Below are positions 58,830 through 64,000 of a stretch of 64,000 nt of DNA, piece after piece; within the stretch, counting starts at the first letter, position 1, and every line of letters begins with the position of its first letter. The stretch is from contig OZ024745.1 of assembly GCA_964016885.1 (NCBI GenBank), positions 64,356,001 through 64,420,000 on the forward strand, written 5' to 3'. The position numbers and the translations under genes were made by a program. The DNA is from Eledone cirrhosa (lineage: Eukaryota). Below the pieces are notes generated by a model. The model did not search any database. It saw nothing but the letters and a program-made list of their open reading frames with translations, and had not been told where the DNA came from.

Positions 58830-60928
58830 CCCAAAATAAAAATGAAACCCCCAAATAAAAAATGGATCCCCCAAATAAAAAATGGATCACCCAAATAAAA
58901 AATGGATCACCCAAATAAAAAATGGATCCCATAAATAAAAAATGGATCACCCAAATAAAAAATGGATCACCCAAATAAAAAATGGATCCCCCAAATAAAA
59001 AATGATTCACCCAAATAAAAAATGGATCACCCAAATATAAAATGGATCCCTCAAATAAAAAATGGATCACCCAAATAAAAAATGGATCACCCAAATAAAA
59101 AATGGATGCCCCAAATAAAAAATGGATCACCCAAATAAAAAATGGATCACCCAAATAAAAAATGGATCCCCCAAATAAGAAATGGATCACCCAAATAAAA
59201 AATGGATCACCGAAATAAAAAATGGATCCGCCAAATAAAAAATGGATCCCCCAAATAAAAAATGGATCACCCAAATAAAGAATGGATCACCCAAATAAAA
59301 AATGGATCCCCCAAATAAAAAATGGATCACCCAAATAAAAAAATGGATCACCCAAATAAAAAATGGATCACCCAAATAAAAAATGGATCACCCAAATAAA
59401 AAATGGATCACCCAAATAAAAAATGGATCCCCCAAATAAAGAATGGATCCCCCAAATAAAAAATGGATCACCCAAATAAAAAATGGATCACCCAAATAAA
59501 AAATGGATCCCCCAAATAAAAAATGGATCCCCCAAATAAAAAATGGATCACCCAAATAAAAAATGGATCCCCCAAATAAAAAATGGATCCCCCAAATAAT
59601 AAATGGATCACCCAAATAAAAAATGTATCACCCAAATAAAAAATGGATCCCCCAAGTAAAAAATGGATCACCCAAATAAAAAATGGATCCCCAAATTAAA
59701 AAATGGATCTCCCAAATAAAAAATGGATCACCCAAATAAAAAATGGATCCCCCAAATAAAAAATGGATCCCCCAAATAAAAAATGGATTACCCAAATAAA
59801 AAATGGATCCCCTAAATAAAAAATGGATCACCCAAATTAAAAATGGATCCCCCAAATAAAAAATGGATCACCCAAATAAAAAATGGATCACCCATATAAA
59901 AAATGAATCCCCCAAATAAAAAATGGACCCCCCCCATAAAAAATCGGTGCACCCAAATAAAAAACGGACCCCTCCATAAAAAAACGGGGCACCCAAATAA
60001 AAAACGGGGTACCCAAATAAAAAACGGACCCCCCATAAAAAAACGGAGCACCCAAATAAAAAACAGGGTACCCGAATAAAAAACGGGGCACCCAAATAAA
60101 AAACGGGGCACCCAAATAAAAAAACGCACCCCCCCCCTAAAAAAACGGGGCACCCAAATAAAAAACGGACACCCCCATAAAAAAACGGGGCACCCAAATA
60201 AAAAACGGGGTACCCAAATAAAAAACGGACCCTCCCCCATATAAAAACGGGGCACCCAAATAAAAAACGGACCCCCCATAAAAGAACGGGGCACCCAAAT
60301 AAAAAACGGACCGCCGCATAAAAAAACGGGGCACCCAAATAAAAAACGGACCCCCCATAAAAGAACGGGACACCCAAATAAAAAACAGACCCCCACATGA
60401 AAAAACGGGGCACCCAAATAAAAAACGGACACCCCCATAAAAAAACGGGGCACCCAAATAAAAAACGGGGTACCCAAATAAAAAACGGACACCCCCATAA
60501 AAAACGAGGCACCCAAATAAAAAACGGGGTACCCAAATAAATAGCGGACCCCCCCATAAAAAAACGGGACACACAAATAAAGAACGAGGTACCCAAATAA
60601 AAAACGGACCCCCCCATAAAAAAACGGGTCACCCAAATAAAAAACGGGGTACCCAAATAAAAAACGGACCCTCCCCATAAAAAAACGGGGCACCCAAATA
60701 AAAAACGGACCCTCCCCATAAAAAAAAGGGGCACCCAAATAAAAAACGGACCCCACCATATAGAAACGGGGCACCCGAATAAAAAACGGGGTACCCAAAT
60801 AAAAAACGGGACCCCCCGTAGAAAAACGGGGCACCCAAATAAAAAACGGGGCACCCAAATAAAAAATGGATCACCCAAATAAAAAATGGATCCCCCAAAT
60901 AAAAAATGGTTCCGACAAATAAAAAAGG

Positions 60929-61591
60929 GATCAATTTTTTATTTGGGTGATCCATTCTTTATTTGGGTGATCCATTTTTTATTTGGGTGATCCATTTTTC
61001 ATTTGGGTGATCCATTTTTTATTTGGGGGATCCATTTTTTATTTGGGGGATCCATTTTTTATTTGGGTGATCCATTTTTTATTTGGGGGATCCATTTTTT
61101 ATTTGGGGGATCCATTTTTTATTTGGGTGATCCATTTTTTATTTGGGTGATCCATTTTTTATTTTGGGGATCCAGTTTTTATTTGGGGGATCCATTTTTT
61201 ATTTGTGTGATCCATTTTTTATTTGGGTGATCCATTTTTTATTTGGGGGATCCATTTTTTATTTGGGTGATCCATTTTTTATTTGGGGGATCCTTTTTTT
61301 ATTTGGGGGATCCATTTTTTATTTGGGTGATCCATTTTTTATTTTGGTGATCCATTTTTTATTTGGGGGATCCATTTTTTATTTGGGGGATCCATTTTTT
61401 ATTTGGGTGATCCATTTTTTATTTGGGTGATCCATTTTTTATTTGGGGGATCCATTTTTTATTTGGGGGATCCATTTTTTATTTGGGTGATCCATTTTTT
61501 ATTTGGGTGATCCATTTTTTATTTGGAGGATCCATTTTTTATTTGGGTGATCCATTTTTTTTTGGGTGATCCATTTTTTATTTGATGGATC
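60929..61591 (-). repeat. Inverted island 4 of A-type monomers (about 33 monomers)
   Basis: Left junction AAAAAAGG-GATC-AATTTTTTATTT (GATC 60929-60932, 2902 bp after island 3). Right junction TATTTGATG-GATC-CCCAAAATAAAAATGAAAC (GATC 61588-61591). Confidence 0.95.
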
Positions 61592-63309
61592 CCCAAAATA
61601 AAAATGAAACCCCCAAATAAAAAATGGATCCCCCAAATAAAAAATGGATCACCCAAATAAAAAATGGATCCCCCAAATAAAAAATTGATCACCCAAATAA
61701 AAAATGGATCACCCAAATAAAAAATGGATCCCCTAAATAAAAAATGGATCACCCAAGTTAAAAATGGATCCCCAAAATAAAAAATTGATCACCCAAATAA
61801 AAAATGGATCACCCAAATAAAAAATGGATCCCCCAAATAAAAAATGGATCACCCATATAAAAAATGAATCCTCCAAATAAAAAATGGACCCACCCCATAA
61901 AAAATCGGTGCACCCAAATAAAAAACGGACCCCTCCATAAAAAACGGGGCACCCAAATAAAAAACGGTGTACCCAAATAAAAAACGAACCTCCCCATAAA
62001 AAAACGGAGCACCCAAATAAAAAACAGGGTACCCAAATAAAAAACGGGGCACCCAAATAAAAAACGGGGCACCCAAATAAAAAAACGGACCCCCCCATAA
62101 AAAAAACTGGGCACCCAAATAAAAAACGGACCCCCCATAAAAAAACGGGGCACCCAAATAAAAAACGGGGTACCCAAATAAAAAACGGACCCTCCCCCAT
62201 ATAAAAACGGGTCACCCAAATAAAAAACGGACCCCCCCATAAAAGAACGGGGCACCCAAATAAAAAACGGACCACCGCATAAAAAAACGGGGCACCCAAA
62301 TAAAAAACGGACCCCCCCATAAAAGAACGGGGCACCCAAATATAAAACGGACTCCCCCATGAAAAAACGGGGCACCCAAATAAAAAACGGACACCCCCAT
62401 AAAAAACGGGGCACCCAAATAAAAAACGGGGTACCCAAATAAAAAACGGACCCCCCCATAAAAAAACAGGGCACCCAAATAAAAAACTGAGCCCCCCCAT
62501 GAAAAAACGGGGCACCCAAATAAAAAACGGGGTACACAAATGAAAAACGCCCCCCCATAAAAAAACGTGGCACCCAAATAAAAAACGGGGTACCCAAATA
62601 AAAAACGGACCCCCCATAAAAAAATGGGGCACCCAAATAAAAAACGGACCCCCCCATAAATAAACCGGGCACCCAAATAAAAAACGGGGTACCCAAATAA
62701 AATACGGACCCCCCCATAAAAACACGGGTCACCCAAATAAAAAACGGACCCCCCCATAAAAAACGGGGCACCCAAATAAAAAACGGGGTACCCAAATAAA
62801 AAAAAGACCCCCCCCATAAAAAAACGAGGCACCCAAATAAAAAACGGGGTACCCAAATAAAAAACGGGGCACCCAAATAAAAAACGGGGCACCCAAATAA
62901 AAAACGGGGCAACCAAATAAAAAATGGATCCCATAAATAAAAAATGGATCACCCAAATAAAAAATGGATCCCATAAATAAAAAATGGATCACCCAAATAA
63001 AAAATGGATCACCCAAATAAAAAAAGGGATCCCCCAAATAAAAAATGGATCACCCAAATAAAAAATGGATCACCCAAATATAAAATGGATCACTCAAATA
63101 AAATATGGATCACCCAAATAAAAAATGGATCACCCAAATAAAAAATGGATGCCCCAAATAAAAAATGGATCACCCAAATAAAAAATGGATCACCCAAATA
63201 AAAAATGGATCCCCCAAATAAAAAATGGATCACCCAAATAAAAAATGGGTCACCCAAATAAAAAATGGATCACCCAAATAAAAAATGGATCCCCCAAATA
63301 AAAAATGGG

Positions 63310-63860
63310 TCACCCAAATAAAAAATGGATCACCCAAATAAAAAATGGATCCCCCAAATAAAAAATGGATCCCCCAAATAAAAAATGGATCCCACAAATC
63401 AAAAATGGATCACCCAAATAAAAAATGGATCTCCCAAATAAAAAATGGATCACCCAAATAAAAAATGGATCCCACAAATAAAAAATGGATCCCCCAAATA
63501 AAAAATGGATCACCCAAATAAAAAATGGATCCCCCAAATAAAAAATGGATCACCGAAATAAAAAATGGATCACCCAAATAAAAAATGGATCCCCCAAATA
63601 AAAAATGGATCCCCCAAATAAAAAATGGATCACCCAAATAAAAAATGGATCACCCAAATAAAAAATGGATCCCCTAAATAAAAAATGGACCACCCAAATA
63701 AAAAATGGATCCCCCAAATAAAAATTGGATCCCCCAATTAAAAAATGGATCACCCAAATAAAAAATGGATCACCCAAATAAAAAATGGATCCCCCAAATA
63801 AAAAATGGATCCACCAAATAAAAAATGGATCACCCAAATATAAAATGTATCACCCAAATA
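63310..63860 (+). repeat. Dispersed copy of the A-block segment at about 52087-52640 (offset 11223 bp)
   Basis: ORF pairs 52087/63310, 52187/63410, 52327/63550. Shared marker order CCCACAAATC, CTCCC, CCCAC, ACCGA, CCCCT, GGACCACCC, ATTGG...AATT, CCACC. Confidence 0.8.
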
Positions 63861-64000
63861 AAAAATGGATCCCCCAAATAAAAAATGGATCACCCAAATA
63901 AAAAATGGATTCCCCAAATAAAAAATGGATCTCCCAAATAAAAAATGGATCACCCAAATAAAAAATGGATCCCCCAAATAAAAAATGGATCCCCAAAATA

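Larger units (their letters stand above)
55900..61650 (+). repeat. Tandem duplication, period about 3006 to 2902 bp, carrying inverted islands 3 and 4
   Basis: ORF pairs 56382/59388, 56806/59812 (+3006) and 58101/61003 (+2902). Private markers AAATAGCGGAC and CATATAGAAAC are present in both copies. A related partial copy lies 2360 bp upstream (AAATCGATC at about 53535/55895). Confidence 0.85.
1..64000 (+). repeat. 20-bp monomer satellite array (consensus AAATAAAAAA + TGGATC[A/C]CCC or CGGGG[C/T]ACCC / CGGACCCCCC), about 3,200 monomers, running off both window ends
   Basis: 20-bp periodicity is visible throughout (columns align in the 60-nt lines). No unique sequence anywhere. Strong strand skew: + strand A/C-rich, - strand T/G-rich. 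Confidence 0.98.

Noticed and set aside
242-63977. Hundreds of minus-strand ORFs up to 543 aa (F/G/W/P-rich, e.g. 4190-5821, 50469-51674, 56806-58053)
   Set aside because: They are open in all three overlapping frames and translate the same 20-bp unit. The T/G-rich strand simply lacks stop codons, and 1-bp indels swap frames freely. Most starts appear to be TTG/GTG within the repeat, and no domain is recognisable.
1-64000. CRISPR-like appearance (constant part plus variable part)
   Set aside because: The variable half is only 10 bp and drawn from a few related variants. There are no unique spacers, leader or cas genes.
481-64000. GATC every 20 bp as Dam/SeqA sites, or 20-bp iterons of a bacterial or plasmid origin
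   Set aside because: There is no rep gene, DnaA box cluster or any gene in 64 kb. Scale and higher-order structure fit satellite DNA.
1-64000. Direct telomerase-synthesised repeat
   Set aside because: Two monomer classes, ordered marker variants, multi-kb duplications and internal inversions indicate recombinational evolution rather than templated addition.

Overview
The whole 64 kb window is one gene-free tandem array of a 20-bp monomer (about 3,200 copies), most simply read as eukaryotic satellite DNA. I cannot name the organism or repeat family from the sequence. Each monomer is a 10-bp A-tract half (AAATAAAAAA) plus a 10-bp GC-rich half. Two related classes alternate in blocks. 'A' blocks are AAATAAAAAA-TGGATC(A/C)CCC, almost CpG-free, with GATC every 20 bp. 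'B' blocks are AAATAAAAAA-CGGGG(C/T)ACCC mixed with CGGAC(C)n-ATAAAAAAA units, with about one CpG per monomer. Roughly 45 B blocks have stereotyped entry and exit monomers, forming a variable-length higher-order repeat. This has been amplified by nested tandem duplications (about 60, 220, 760, 2140-2340, 2742, 2900-3006, 3324, 3952, 4656 and 5453-5572 bp). Four short inverted islands (2152-2573, 7605-8185, 58027-58829, 60929-61591) all pivot on the monomer's own GATC palindrome at both ends and share junction mutations, so they appear to be descendants of one ancestral inversion. The two diverged, inversion-bearing flanks enclose a more homogeneous, recently amplified core. All listed ORFs look like by-products of the repeat. 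I find no support for a CDS, RNA gene, CRISPR array or transposon.
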